A stretch of DNA of 64,000 nt from Haliotis rubra (Eukaryota). Every line of letters begins with the position of its first letter. Within the stretch, counting starts at the first letter, position 1. The position numbers and the translations under genes were made by a program. Below are positions 62,916 to 64,000 of this stretch, one piece after another. Under the pieces are notes generated by a model. It made no database searches. It had not been told where the DNA came from and saw only the letters and a list, made by a program, of their open reading frames with translations. Where the stretch lies: NCBI RefSeq assembly GCF_003918875.1, contig NW_025767662.1:186001-250000 (forward strand), read 5' to 3'.

Positions 62916-64000
62916 TCTATGTCCATATTGTGTATTGCAGTAGAAGTATATCTATATACACATAACAGCACACATACAAATAAATAGTGTGTATAGTAAA
63001 ACGTCTATCCTTTATGTATCATAGCAGAACATCCAGAAATCCAGCCCAGGATACATGTGGTACGCACTGGAATATCTACCCTGGTTTGTCATAGTATACA
63101 GACAGCAGTGTATACTATTATGTCATATACTTGCCAACCTCGACATTCCAGCTTCATAAATATTTAACGTGTTTGTAATGCAACACTGCTTGACATTAAA
63201 AAGACCAAATAAGGCACAGTCCACCCCACCCGTATTCACGCACGAGTTGAGACACAGTGACAACACCCTTCATTGAAATCAACAAGAGTACAACTGGTGT
63301 TCATTTCAATAGGTCAGCGTAAGCAGGTGCGTGAAGGGGAGGTGCCCGTATGTCACATGACGTCATACGTCGCTGTTATCTGCAGGTGAATAAAGGTTAT
63401 CTCTCAAATGTGTGTCATATTACTTTTTCAGCTTATATTAAGTATTCTGTTTATTCTCGGTGAATTGTATTGTCTTATAAATAATCAACTTGATCGTTCA
63501 TAATGTTTGTATTGTATCCAGGTTCCCGAGACGACATAAGTCTCATAAAATGAGTGACATGTGTCACGCTCACTTTACAGGACGGGAAAATCGCTAAATA
63601 ACGCCCATAGCCATTAGATATCAGTAAGTATATATGTAGCTCTACAATATCTACCGAATTGAAATTGTATATATCTAAAATAATCATATAAATATCTATT
63701 TGTAATTCGTTCAGGCAGAATGTCAAACTTATAACAACGCCATTTCTGTTCCCATTCTTTCTACAGCGTTATTACAGACGTTGACTATTTGCCATTTTCA
63801 AATCTTCAGTTCTGATTACATCAACGTGTGTTGTGTATCATTTACATAACAATCCTCACCTGCTTTTTCGATTGTTTTTTATGTTTTCTATTTTCTCTTG
63901 CAAACTTCCGTATCTAATCTGTCCCTAAATCTGTTTGGTTCTGCGGCATCAATATATAGAACCGGCTTAAAGGCGTGCCGATATATACGCTGTGTTCAGC

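Overview
AT-rich eukaryotic (animal) genomic DNA, dense in repeats, with one 133-N assembly gap (301-433). The repeat families suggest a mollusc, possibly an abalone-like gastropod (inference only). The only supportable protein-coding gene is an intron-less BTG1/BTG2-like (BTG/Tob family) CDS at 42481-43086 (+) with a Q17 tract. It sits behind a compact immediate-early-type promoter (MEF2, CArG, CCAAT, E-box, CRE, 2x AP-1) in an otherwise gene-free region carrying 8 perfect CRE palindromes. The rest comprises: tRNA-headed SINEs (family A; one Meta/MESC-like element); a second retroposon family (B) with no tRNA head, a fixed 5' end and a covarying pseudoknot-like 5' structure (best candidate for an undescribed system, possibly a ribozyme-headed SINE); non-autonomous DNA transposons with TA, 3-, 7-, 8- and 9/10-bp TSDs; two LINE 3' remnants; a SINE-mediated 1.2-kb tandem duplication that preserves an empty insertion site; and several minisatellites, at least two visibly derived from transposon segments. 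All other long ORFs in the track are repeat artefacts. All coordinates and alignments were read by eye.
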